A DNA stretch of 64,000 nt from Bdellovibrionales bacterium (GTDB taxonomy: Bacteria > Bdellovibrionota > Bdellovibrionia > Bdellovibrionales > Bdellovibrionaceae), in contig JAYUCH010000036.1 of the NCBI GenBank assembly GCA_043740435.1, positions 7,282 to 71,281 of the forward strand. The letters are read 5' to 3'. A program made the translations under genes and the position numbers. Position 1 is the stretch's first letter. Each line of letters starts with the position of its first letter. Below, piece after piece: positions 46,941 through 55,549 of this stretch. The notes below the pieces were generated by a model. That model saw nothing but the letters and a program-made list of their open reading frames with translations. It did no database searches and was not told where the DNA came from.

Positions 46941-47576
46941 TTATTTTAATAATATAGCGCGCACGGGTGATGCGTCACCCTCTACAATTTTCAGTGGTAA
47001 GCAAATTAAATCATAAAGCCCAGCAGAAACCTCTGACAAGACGATACCTTCTAAAATAGCCATATTATTTTTATAAACAGCGGTGTGGCTTTCTAAAACT
47101 TGATCCTGTGCTAAATCTACTGACGGAGTATCAATTCCGACTAATATGACTTTTTTTGAGGCCAAGTAATTAACCAGTTCAGCTGAAAGGGAAACAAAAT
47201 CATCGCTCCAGCAATTAGGATCAGGAAAAGAGCCCGTTTTGAATAAAACCCGTGGTGCAACAATGTCAGCGTGCGTAACATCACTAACGCTAATTCTTTG
47301 ACCTTTGCTTAGAAAAACTTCAATCACTTGTGCTGAGCCAACGTAGTAATTAAGCGGCTGCTGGGCCATCGAGACACCATCTGCGTGGTAGTGCCTCGGA
47401 GCATCGGTGTGCGCCCCAAGGTGAACTGTGGTTTTAATTGTCGATAGATCAATATTATGACCCGAATCTATTTTTAATAAAAATTTTTGCTCGAATGGTG
47501 TGTCTCCAGGAAAAACAGCTGTTTTTGAACTGATTTCTGGCGAAATATCTATGATGGTTCGGTTTTCTAAACTCAC
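46941..47576 (-). CDS. kynB: Kynurenine formamidase (cyclase family)
   Basis: FPGD, HLGAHTDAPRH, GIDTPSVD, ILEG, PLKI..GDASPVRA; GTG start with GGAG SD. Confidence 0.88.
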   Translation of the reverse strand: MSLENRTIIDISPEISSKTAVFPGDTPFEQKFLLKIDSGHNIDLSTIKTTVHLGAHTDAPRHYHADGVSMAQQPLNYYVGSAQVIEVFLSKGQRISVSDVTHADIVAPRVLFKTGSFPDPNCWSDDFVSLSAELVNYLASKKVILVGIDTPSVDLAQDQVLESHTAVYKNNMAILEGIVLSEVSAGLYDLICLPLKIVEGDASPVRAILLK

Positions 47577-47626
47577 GAAAACTCCGTTGTTTCAGATTTC
47601 TGTTGAGGCTTCTGTGCATTTTGTTT

Positions 47627-47640
47627 TAGGTTATAACCTA
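47627..47640. promoter_or_regulatory. Perfect 14-bp palindrome, operator candidate
   Basis: TAGGTTATAACCTA in the divergent centre of the kynurenine cluster; its last A is the A of the ATG at 47640. Confidence 0.5.
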
Positions 47641-48434
47641 TGGAAAATCAATCCCTACAGCAAGTCGCAAACCTGCTGCACACAGCCCGTTTGTCAAAGT
47701 CACCTATCACTCAGCTGAGTAAACAAGGCATCACGCTAAATCGCACAGAGGCCTACCAAGTCCAGGAATACGGAATTCAGCTTCGTGAAAAATCCGGCGA
47801 AAGAAAAATTGGTTTAAAAATGGGCCTGACCTCAGAAGGCAAGCGTAAACAAATGAATTTAGATTCTCCGCTGTATGGTGAACTAACTGATCAAATGCAA
47901 ATTCAAAATGGTGGACAGATCACGATTTCACCGCAGCAAACGCAACTTATACATTCTAAAATCGAGCCCGAGATTGCTTTTTTGTTAAAAGCTGATTTGC
48001 ACGGAGAAGTCACCCGGGAACAAGTTCTAGAGGCGACCGATTCTATTAGTGCCTGCTTAGAAATCTTAGATTCCCGTTACGACCAATTTAAATACTTTTC
48101 GATGGAGGATGTCATTGCAGATAATTCTTCATCTTCCCATTTTGTCGTAGGGCCGTGGTTAAAAGATTTCAAAAATCTAGATCTCAAAGAATTGAGCATG
48201 GCAATGAGCATCGATGGAAAAATTGTTGAAGCTGGATTGTCGAAAGAAATCTCTGGAGATCCTGTTGTGTCCATTATCGAACAATGCCGTCTGCTTGCAC
48301 TTCGAGGCAAAAAATTATTAGCAGGCCAAATTGTTTTAGCAGGGGCCGCCACGGCTGCTGTAAACTTAAAGGCTGGAAGTCATGTTGAATTACGAATTGA
48401 TCATTTGCCAGCTGTCCATGTCTTCACCGTTTAA
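47640..48434 (+). CDS. FAA-hydrolase-fold 4-oxalocrotonate decarboxylase / 2-keto-4-pentenoate hydratase
   Basis: GLKMGLTS...QM, KIEPEIAF, EILDSR, DVIADNSSS, GQIVLAGA. Confidence 0.87.
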   Translation: MENQSLQQVANLLHTARLSKSPITQLSKQGITLNRTEAYQVQEYGIQLREKSGERKIGLKMGLTSEGKRKQMNLDSPLYGELTDQMQIQNGGQITISPQQTQLIHSKIEPEIAFLLKADLHGEVTREQVLEATDSISACLEILDSRYDQFKYFSMEDVIADNSSSSHFVVGPWLKDFKNLDLKELSMAMSIDGKIVEAGLSKEISGDPVVSIIEQCRLLALRGKKLLAGQIVLAGAATAAVNLKAGSHVELRIDHLPAVHVFTV

Positions 48435-48469
48435 GATCTCTAGTATTACTACAACAAGGAATTATTTTT

Positions 48470-49738
48470 ATGCTATTTACTTCTGAAGCCAATACATTAA
48501 CTTACGCACAAAAAATGGATCATGCAGATCCGCTTAAAAAATTTAGGAATGAATTTCATATTCCTAATACTGAATCCGGAAAACAGCAATTGTACTTTGC
48601 AGGCCACTCATTAGGGTTGATGCCAAAAAGGGCTTCTGACTTTGTTAATCAGGAATTATCTTCGTGGGCTAAGTACGGCGTCGAAGGGCATTTTTTAGGT
48701 TCACATCCGTGGGTTCACTATCATGAATTTATCACCGAAAGTTTTGCCAAATTAGTCGGAGCCAAAAACAGCGAAGTCGTTGCAATGAATACTTTAACTG
48801 TGAATTTGCATCTGATGATGGTTAGTTTTTACAAGCCAACAAAAACACGCTTTAAAATTTTGATCGAAAACAATTCGTTTCCGTCAGACAAATATGCTGT
48901 GGACTCGCAGGCTCGTTTTCATGGTTTGGATCCGCGCAACGCAATCATTGAACTTACTCCGGGTTCTGATGGATTAACTGTCTCTGAGGAGTCTCTTTTA
49001 GAAACCATTCAAAAACATGGTTCGGAATTAAGTTTAATTATGTTAGGAAACTGCAATTATTTATCGGGTCAGAAATTTGACATGGAGAAAATTGTAAAAG
49101 CTGGCCACGCTGTCGGTGCTGTCGTTGGATTTAACTTAGCCCATGGAGCTGGAAACTTAGCTGTAAAACTGCACGACTGGAATGTCGATTTTGCGATGTG
49201 GTGCACATACAAATATATCAATTCAGGTCCAGGGGGATTAGCTGGCGCCTTTGTACACGAGCGCCATCTGGGTAAAAAAGATATTCCACGTTTTGAAGGC
49301 TGGTGGGGGCATGATAAAGAAAGTCGTTTTAAAATGGGGCCTGATTTTCAACCCCTACCAACATCAGAAGCCTGGCAATTAAGTAACCCACCCATTTTTC
49401 AGTTAGCATCGTTACGGGCTGCAATGGAATTATTTGATGAAGCCGGTATTGAAAATTTAAGAAAAAAAGGTGACCACTTAACCAGTTATTTTGAATGGTT
49501 AATTCAACAAAATCTTTCCGCTGACATACAAATTATTACTCCGAAACAGCGTGGATCCATGCTTTGCTTAAAATTTAAATCAAGTCCCAAAGCGTGGTTT
49601 GATAAAATGATGCATGCAGGGGCCATTGTTGATTTTCGTGAACCTTATATTATTCGTGCGACACCCGTTCCGCTTTACAACACGTACGAAGATGTCTTTA
49701 ATTTAGTGTCGCTGATGAAAGAGTTTTCTCATGCGTAA
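48470..49738 (+). CDS. kynU: Kynureninase
   Basis: YFAGHSLGL.P, MNTLTVNLHL, FPSD.YA, AHGAGN, WCTYKY.NSGPG, GWWGH, SNPP. Confidence 0.96.
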   Translation: MLFTSEANTLTYAQKMDHADPLKKFRNEFHIPNTESGKQQLYFAGHSLGLMPKRASDFVNQELSSWAKYGVEGHFLGSHPWVHYHEFITESFAKLVGAKNSEVVAMNTLTVNLHLMMVSFYKPTKTRFKILIENNSFPSDKYAVDSQARFHGLDPRNAIIELTPGSDGLTVSEESLLETIQKHGSELSLIMLGNCNYLSGQKFDMEKIVKAGHAVGAVVGFNLAHGAGNLAVKLHDWNVDFAMWCTYKYINSGPGGLAGAFVHERHLGKKDIPRFEGWWGHDKESRFKMGPDFQPLPTSEAWQLSNPPIFQLASLRAAMELFDEAGIENLRKKGDHLTSYFEWLIQQNLSADIQIITPKQRGSMLCLKFKSSPKAWFDKMMHAGAIVDFREPYIIRATPVPLYNTYEDVFNLVSLMKEFSHA

Positions 49739-51116
49739 AATAACAATCATCGGATCAGGCCTTGTGGGATCACTGTGGGCCTATTTGCTAAACAAGCAGG
49801 GTTACGATGTGACTGTTTTTGAAAAACGTTCCGATCCTAGATTACAGACTGCGCAGTCTGGGCGCAGTATTAATCTAATTCTAACTTCACGGGGATTGCA
49901 TGGTCTGGAAATGGCAGGCTTAACCAAAGCCATTTTACCCCTGACCGTTCCGGTTTATGGCCGGCGTATTCATCAAAAATCGGGTGAAAAATTATTTCAG
50001 CCTTATGGTCGTGACAAAAGTGAATGTAATTATTCGGTATCTCGATGGGATTTAAATAAAGCATTGATCGAACATTGTCTGGATGCAGGAATCAAAATTC
50101 ACTTTGACCACAGCATCCAAAACATGAACATAGAAAATAAAAAAATAACTTTTGAAAACAATAACAGCACCAAAGTTTTGGATTATGATTTATTATTTGC
50201 AACTGATGGTGCTGGCTCGGTGGTTCGTAAATTATTAACGCAGCAAAATCCTAACGAATTTGCAGATCAAACAGAGTGGTTGTCTTCAGGATACAAAGAA
50301 TTATTTATGCCGGCTAACCCTGAAATGACGGCTAACGAACTGCATATTTGGGCCCGTGGAACGCACATGATGATGGGTTTAGAAAACCGAGACAAAAGTT
50401 TTACAATGACATTGTATCTGCCACATAAAAACAGTGATTTCAGTTTTGAAACACTACAAACTAAAACAGCTGTCGTCAATTTTTTTAAATCTGAGTTTAG
50501 CTCTGCAGTTTCATCAATGCCAAATTATGCCGATGATTTTTTAGCTAATCCGGTCGGCAATTTGGGAACGGTCCGATTAAACAGGTGGATCTATAAAAAT
50601 TCGATCGCATTGATGGGGGATGCATCTCACGCGATCGTTCCATTTTTTGGCCAAGGAATGAATTCAGGTTTTGAAGATTGTACGACGATGCTTGAATTAT
50701 TACAAAAATCAAAAGGCGACTGGGACGAAACTTTGACTAATTACGATACTATTCAAAGACCCAATGCCAAAGCGATTGCTGACATGGCTTTAGAAAATTT
50801 TGTTGAAATGAAAGACAGTGTTGCTGATCCAAAATTTCAGTTCAGAAAAAAAATTGAATCTGTCATCGAAAAGAATTTTCCACATCTGTACCGCTCTCGG
50901 TACGGAATGATCACGTACACTTTAATTCCGTACAGCGTGGCTCAATTGGCTGGGCAGAAACAAAACGTCCTGTTAGACAAACTGGCAAAAAACATTACCA
51001 CAACAGATCAACTTGATTTGCAAGAAACAGAAAATATTTTGAAAGCTGATTTTTATCCTTGGCTTAAACAGCAAGGTTATACAACCGACCGATATGTAGC
51101 TGAGGCAAAAGCTTAA
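49731..51116 (+). CDS. kmo: Kynurenine 3-monooxygenase
   Basis: GSGLVG, GRSINL.L..RG, DGAGS.VR, YKEL, LHIW.RG, GDASHAIVPFFGQGMNSGFED, R.PNA.AI..MA..NF.EM. Confidence 0.94.
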   Translation: MRKITIIGSGLVGSLWAYLLNKQGYDVTVFEKRSDPRLQTAQSGRSINLILTSRGLHGLEMAGLTKAILPLTVPVYGRRIHQKSGEKLFQPYGRDKSECNYSVSRWDLNKALIEHCLDAGIKIHFDHSIQNMNIENKKITFENNNSTKVLDYDLLFATDGAGSVVRKLLTQQNPNEFADQTEWLSSGYKELFMPANPEMTANELHIWARGTHMMMGLENRDKSFTMTLYLPHKNSDFSFETLQTKTAVVNFFKSEFSSAVSSMPNYADDFLANPVGNLGTVRLNRWIYKNSIALMGDASHAIVPFFGQGMNSGFEDCTTMLELLQKSKGDWDETLTNYDTIQRPNAKAIADMALENFVEMKDSVADPKFQFRKKIESVIEKNFPHLYRSRYGMITYTLIPYSVAQLAGQKQNVLLDKLAKNITTTDQLDLQETENILKADFYPWLKQQGYTTDRYVAEAKA

Positions 51117-51143
51117 GTCAGGTTTTTGCATTCTTTAATAGTC

Positions 51144-51917
51144 ATGATAAAAATTCTTGTATTAGCTGTTTTAACGCTATCTTATGATGTATTTGCTCAG
51201 GATGCTGTGACCAAATTCAGTCACTGGCTACCGCCTATACAATCGAATTTATACGAAGAAATTCAAAAAGAGCAGGACTCTCAATTTGATACACCCTCCG
51301 AAATTAAAAAAGAAAACAAGAATGCCATTTCACTTTTGAATAAAAAAACGTCGAAGAAAACGGTACGGGCCAAATACATCACCCAAAGCGAAGCAGATAA
51401 TCTTGTGTACCGACTTAAAAATGACCCGGTGGTGCGATCATCAGAAAATAAAAATTATGACCCTAACGGAAGATACGGTTTTTGTTTTGGCCGAGCCACT
51501 TGGGTGTGGTTAAACGCCTTAGAAGCCGGAATGGACAAAGATTCTATAAAAAAAATATTTTTAGTGGGGCCCATGCGTGCATCCAACTTGGACTGGCAGT
51601 TTCATGTGGCCACAGCTATCCGCTCAAAAGGCTTTTTTTCGGACACTTGGCTAGTGATTGATTCGACTTTTGATCGCGCTATAACGGTTGAACAGTTTTT
51701 GAATTTTTATGGACAATTTAATGCCAACGAAAAGCTAAGGCTGATTGTAACTGACCCGCAACGATTGGTACCTTCATCGACAGATAAATTTAAGCCAATG
51801 GATTATAGGAATTTTGAAAATGACTACTTATACAATCGCTACTTCCAAGATTTACTTCGAAATTTTTCCAACTCGGTAAATTTTAAACTTACGAAAATGT
51901 GTAAATATTTGTTCTGA
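51144..51917 (+). CDS. Secreted protein-glutamine glutaminase-like protein, copy 2
   Basis: Signal peptide; GFCFGRATWVWL, KKIFLVGPM, WQFHV, WLVID; C-terminal CKYLF vs CEYLF in copy 1. Start moved to ATG 51144. Confidence 0.7.
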   Translation: MIKILVLAVLTLSYDVFAQDAVTKFSHWLPPIQSNLYEEIQKEQDSQFDTPSEIKKENKNAISLLNKKTSKKTVRAKYITQSEADNLVYRLKNDPVVRSSENKNYDPNGRYGFCFGRATWVWLNALEAGMDKDSIKKIFLVGPMRASNLDWQFHVATAIRSKGFFSDTWLVIDSTFDRAITVEQFLNFYGQFNANEKLRLIVTDPQRLVPSSTDKFKPMDYRNFENDYLYNRYFQDLLRNFSNSVNFKLTKMCKYLF

Positions 51918-51952
51918 AGTCGCTTTGATCAATCTGTCGCAATCAAAAAGCT

Positions 51953-52726
51953 TTAGCGCTTAAACGCCGTCGAAACACCCCAATTAAAAACTCCGCGAAA
52001 ATATTTGGCCGCTGTCATGCCAACAGCTGTTTTTCCTGAAGGTTCTAAGTAAATACTGTCATTTTTTATCGCTTGAATAATTTTTTTGGCATAAACATCG
52101 GGCGCAATATAATCAGTAGGGACTTCTAAATTTTTGCTATAAATATCGGTGATTTGATCCAACATGCGCGTCTTAATTGCCGGCGTTATTAAACAAAGTG
52201 TGCTGACGCCGGTGCCCTTTAATTCTTGCTGCAAACAATTTGTAAAGGCCAAAACAGCTGCCTTCGATGCCGAATAAGTTGAAGCACAGGGAAAATGCAT
52301 AACGGCTGTAACGGAAGAATGATTAATAATTTTACCTGATTTTTGCTTTATTAGCTGAGGTAAAATTCCATGGGTTAAATGCATCAGTGCATTGATATTA
52401 ACCTGCAGCATTTGATATATGTCATCCAGGTTTTGCTCTTCAAGCAGGCCACCAGTTACCATGCCGGCATTATTAAAAAGAATATCGATTTTTTTATTTA
52501 AAACTTTTTTAATTAATTCTTCGACACCATTACGTGTTGATAAATCTGACTGAATGACTTCGACTGAAAGGGCGCCTTCATTTTTTAACTCGAGTATAAG
52601 TTCGGGTTCATTCTTTCGCAGCGCTAATATTAAATGTGCTTTTTCATTAGCACAAGCTGCCGCAAAGGCTTTACCGATGCCGCGGTTTGCACCGGTAATT
52701 AAAATAAACTTATTTTTCAGTTCCAA
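51953..52726 (-). CDS. Classical SDR oxidoreductase
   Basis: TGANRGIG, NNAG, YSASK. Confidence 0.9.
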   Translation of the reverse strand: MELKNKFILITGANRGIGKAFAAACANEKAHLILALRKNEPELILELKNEGALSVEVIQSDLSTRNGVEELIKKVLNKKIDILFNNAGMVTGGLLEEQNLDDIYQMLQVNINALMHLTHGILPQLIKQKSGKIINHSSVTAVMHFPCASTYSASKAAVLAFTNCLQQELKGTGVSTLCLITPAIKTRMLDQITDIYSKNLEVPTDYIAPDVYAKKIIQAIKNDSIYLEPSGKTAVGMTAAKYFRGVFNWGVSTAFKR

Positions 52727-52740
52727 ACAAAAACCTTTTT

Positions 52741-53601
52741 TTAGTGCTGGTTAGAAAGCTCTTCCTGAGCCTTTTGCAAGAAGCCCTTATCAAAAGCGGG
52801 ATTATACCATTCACCTTGCTCGTGACATGTTTCACTGGAGCCATGGGGTCCATGAGTCACACCCACTTGATAAATATCGTTGTTAACCGTTAAAAATGCG
52901 GGGCCGCCTGAATCACCATTGCAACCGCCAGAACCTTTGGTTTGATCTGTAACAACAAAGCGATTTAAAAACTGGGATGTTACCGTTGTTTCACGAAGCA
53001 CATCAGTTTCAGTGACAGGTTTTTCTTTGATAACTCCGAAACCAATTAATGTGACCGGCAGATTTTGGCCTTCAAAAGTCGTTTGTTCTAAAGCTGTATT
53101 GATATATTCTGCAGGTAAAAGTTTTACCGGCACCGCATCTGCTGGAATACTTTCTTCCAACATGATAACTGCTAAATCATAACTACCTGTTTCATTGTAA
53201 TCAGGGTGAACTAAAAAAGATTTCACTTTACGCGTGATTAAATATTTTTCTGCATCAACGCGGGTTAACTGATTTTTTTGCTGCTGGTAAGTGACGGTTT
53301 TTAACGAAAAATGAACCAGTAAATCTTCAGCAACTGAACCCTTTACACAGTGGGCGGCCGTTAATATAAACCGCGAAGCCAAAACACTGCCTGTACAGCC
53401 CTGAAGCCAAACTTTTCCGCGAGCGTCTTCGGTGTATTTCATTAATAAGCCAACAACAGATTTTGCTGTCACATTATTTTCAGCAACTGGAGTTCCATTA
53501 ATAATAGAAATTTGCTGAGCTGCTGAGTTAAATTTATTCGAAGATTTTTCGCTGCAAGAAAACGCAAGGACAGACACCAACGCTAATGTAAACAATTTCA
53601 T
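52741..53601 (-). CDS. Trypsin-like (S1) serine protease lipoprotein
   Basis: Lipobox AFSC; IINGT, CTGS, LTAAHC, DLAV, CNGDSGGP. Confidence 0.93.
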   Translation of the reverse strand: MKLFTLALVSVLAFSCSEKSSNKFNSAAQQISIINGTPVAENNVTAKSVVGLLMKYTEDARGKVWLQGCTGSVLASRFILTAAHCVKGSVAEDLLVHFSLKTVTYQQQKNQLTRVDAEKYLITRKVKSFLVHPDYNETGSYDLAVIMLEESIPADAVPVKLLPAEYINTALEQTTFEGQNLPVTLIGFGVIKEKPVTETDVLRETTVTSQFLNRFVVTDQTKGSGGCNGDSGGPAFLTVNNDIYQVGVTHGPHGSSETCHEQGEWYNPAFDKGFLQKAQEELSNQH

Positions 53602-53709
53602 ATATTCCCCCCGGATGAGGTACGTTTATGCAAAAAAAAAGCAATTGGCTATTTTAATAGTGGAATTACACCAAATTCACCTGCTGCATCATGCAAGCAA
53701 GATTAGCAA

Positions 53710-54465
53710 TCACAAGCCCCACTGTTTTTTGATCTGCTCTTCTTCATCGACAGAGGTTACTTTTTTGAATTTAACTCCGGGACGACCCTTCACGACGGCT
53801 TCACATTCAGACCAAGTCTTATGGGTTTTATAGACTCCGTTAACTAAACTTAAATACCAGGCTGGTTTTTTAGGCTCGTTAGTTCGATCTTTAATCTCTG
53901 GTAACGGTTTTTTTTCCGGCGTCTTCGTGACGTCGAAATGATAATGCCCTGCAGACCCCGAAAAAACTTCAATTTCATCACGCTTTGACATGGCGACTGC
54001 CAGCTGATCACAGCGCTCGTTACCGGGATCTCCAGAGTGACCCTTTACGAAGTGCCAATTTATTTTTGCCAAAGCATTTCGTGCTTTGAATTGGTTTAAA
54101 ATCTTATCCATCTGGACCCATAAATCCTGGTTGGCAACTTCGTCCTGGGCCGCAGTTTTCCAGCCGCGTTTTTTCCAACCAAACATCCACTGCGTAACTC
54201 CACGAATTAGGTAAACAGAGTCTGTGAAAATTTCGATCTCAGTCACCTCGGATAACTTGTTGGATTCCAAGACAAGTCGAAAGGATTCCAGTATGGCAAG
54301 AATCTCCATTCGATTGTTCGTCGTCTGAGGGTAGTGCTGGGCCAGCTCTTGAACGGTCTGATCTGGAAAGATAACGATTGCTCCAAATCCGCCAGGGCCT
54401 GGGTTTCCCGAGCAGGCTCCGTCTCCGTATATAACAATCTTTTTATCGGTCATTAGTTTTTCCAA
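53710..54465 (-). CDS. rnhA: Ribonuclease HI with C-terminal hybrid-binding-like domain
   Basis: YGDGACSGNPGPGG, TTNNRMEI, TDSVY, W..GWK..GW, V.NQDLW, VKGHSG..GNERCD; C-terminal TW.EC...VKG.PG.KFKK. Start may be 54453. Confidence 0.9.
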   Translation of the reverse strand: MEKLMTDKKIVIYGDGACSGNPGPGGFGAIVIFPDQTVQELAQHYPQTTNNRMEILAILESFRLVLESNKLSEVTEIEIFTDSVYLIRGVTQWMFGWKKRGWKTAAQDEVANQDLWVQMDKILNQFKARNALAKINWHFVKGHSGDPGNERCDQLAVAMSKRDEIEVFSGSAGHYHFDVTKTPEKKPLPEIKDRTNEPKKPAWYLSLVNGVYKTHKTWSECEAVVKGRPGVKFKKVTSVDEEEQIKKQWGL

Positions 54466-54603
54466 ATCTCAAAACGGGACAGTCTGTCTTTGCTATTATA
54501 GATGTCTCATCTTATTTCATAAAATTCAACATTGGTACGGTCTTCGCTATACAAGGTTGTAGGGTTAATCTTGACCTGACTTACCAACTGGAGAGCGGTT
54601 TAA

Positions 54604-55494
54604 ATGCAGAAGACAATATTTGTGACACTTTTAGTTCAAGCTGTCTTTGTCTTAGTCGGTGGTGTTATGACTCCAGCCCTAGCCGCCGTCAACAAGGTTG
54701 TCGTGTCTGCTGATCAAGTTATTAAAGCCAAAACAGAAAAAACCGCGCCGCAATTTTCTGCTGATTTCGTTTTATCTCGGGGGACCTCGCTTTATGATTT
54801 TCAGGATGGTTCTCGCAAAGACAGCATGGATTACTTATTTATTCCAAAGTACAAAATGTCTGTTGGCTCTGTTTCAGCAAAGATTCTTTATTCGCAAGAT
54901 TTAAAAGATAATTCTCCGGAAGCCTCTGATTTGGCCGACAGCACGATCACTTTTGCTAAATCGCCGATCAAGTGGCAGTGGGCACCACCTTATATTTTAA
55001 CATTAACTCCAACAATCACAGCGGTGATTCCCGTATCAAAAGCTTCGATTAAACGAGATCAATTGCAAACAGCGGTCATCGCGGGAATTAGCTTTGGAAT
55101 TATTCCTGATGGAATTGCCAAACTAAACGGTTGGTCGTTAGCAATCGGTTTAACGGCTGGAAGAAACTTTCATCAGTATGCAGAAAGTGTTGATGGAAGC
55201 GTAGTCCTGAATCGGTATTCATCCAATCAAACCTTAAACTTGGGTTATGCGATAGATAATTTTAGTTTTGGTATCGAGTATTTACATAAATCTCGATTTA
55301 CTTATCAAAACAGCACAAAAGATTCTTTTGAATTAAGCCAAGAAATTGGCTACGCCATCGATGATCATTTTTCCGTAGCCGTTGGCCACAATAATGCGGG
55401 AACGGGCTTAAATTCGAACGGCAGCGAAAGTAATTTTAAAATTATAAATGAAAAAGATTCAACTGTGTACGCGCAATTGGGTGTTTCGTTTTAA
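54604..55494 (+). CDS. Outer-membrane beta-barrel protein
   Basis: Signal peptide (ALA), many amphipathic strands, terminal YAQLGVSF beta-signal. Confidence 0.78.
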   Translation: MQKTIFVTLLVQAVFVLVGGVMTPALAAVNKVVVSADQVIKAKTEKTAPQFSADFVLSRGTSLYDFQDGSRKDSMDYLFIPKYKMSVGSVSAKILYSQDLKDNSPEASDLADSTITFAKSPIKWQWAPPYILTLTPTITAVIPVSKASIKRDQLQTAVIAGISFGIIPDGIAKLNGWSLAIGLTAGRNFHQYAESVDGSVVLNRYSSNQTLNLGYAIDNFSFGIEYLHKSRFTYQNSTKDSFELSQEIGYAIDDHFSVAVGHNNAGTGLNSNGSESNFKIINEKDSTVYAQLGVSF

Positions 55495-55549
55495 GAAGTT
55501 TAAAGATTAAGGAGATGCAAAAATGCATTTCTATTTTAAGGAGAAGCAG

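Noticed and set aside
53632-53640. A9 tract upstream of the trypsin gene as a phase-variation site
   Set aside because: Short A runs are common in this AT-rich sequence and no promoter spacing depends on it visibly.
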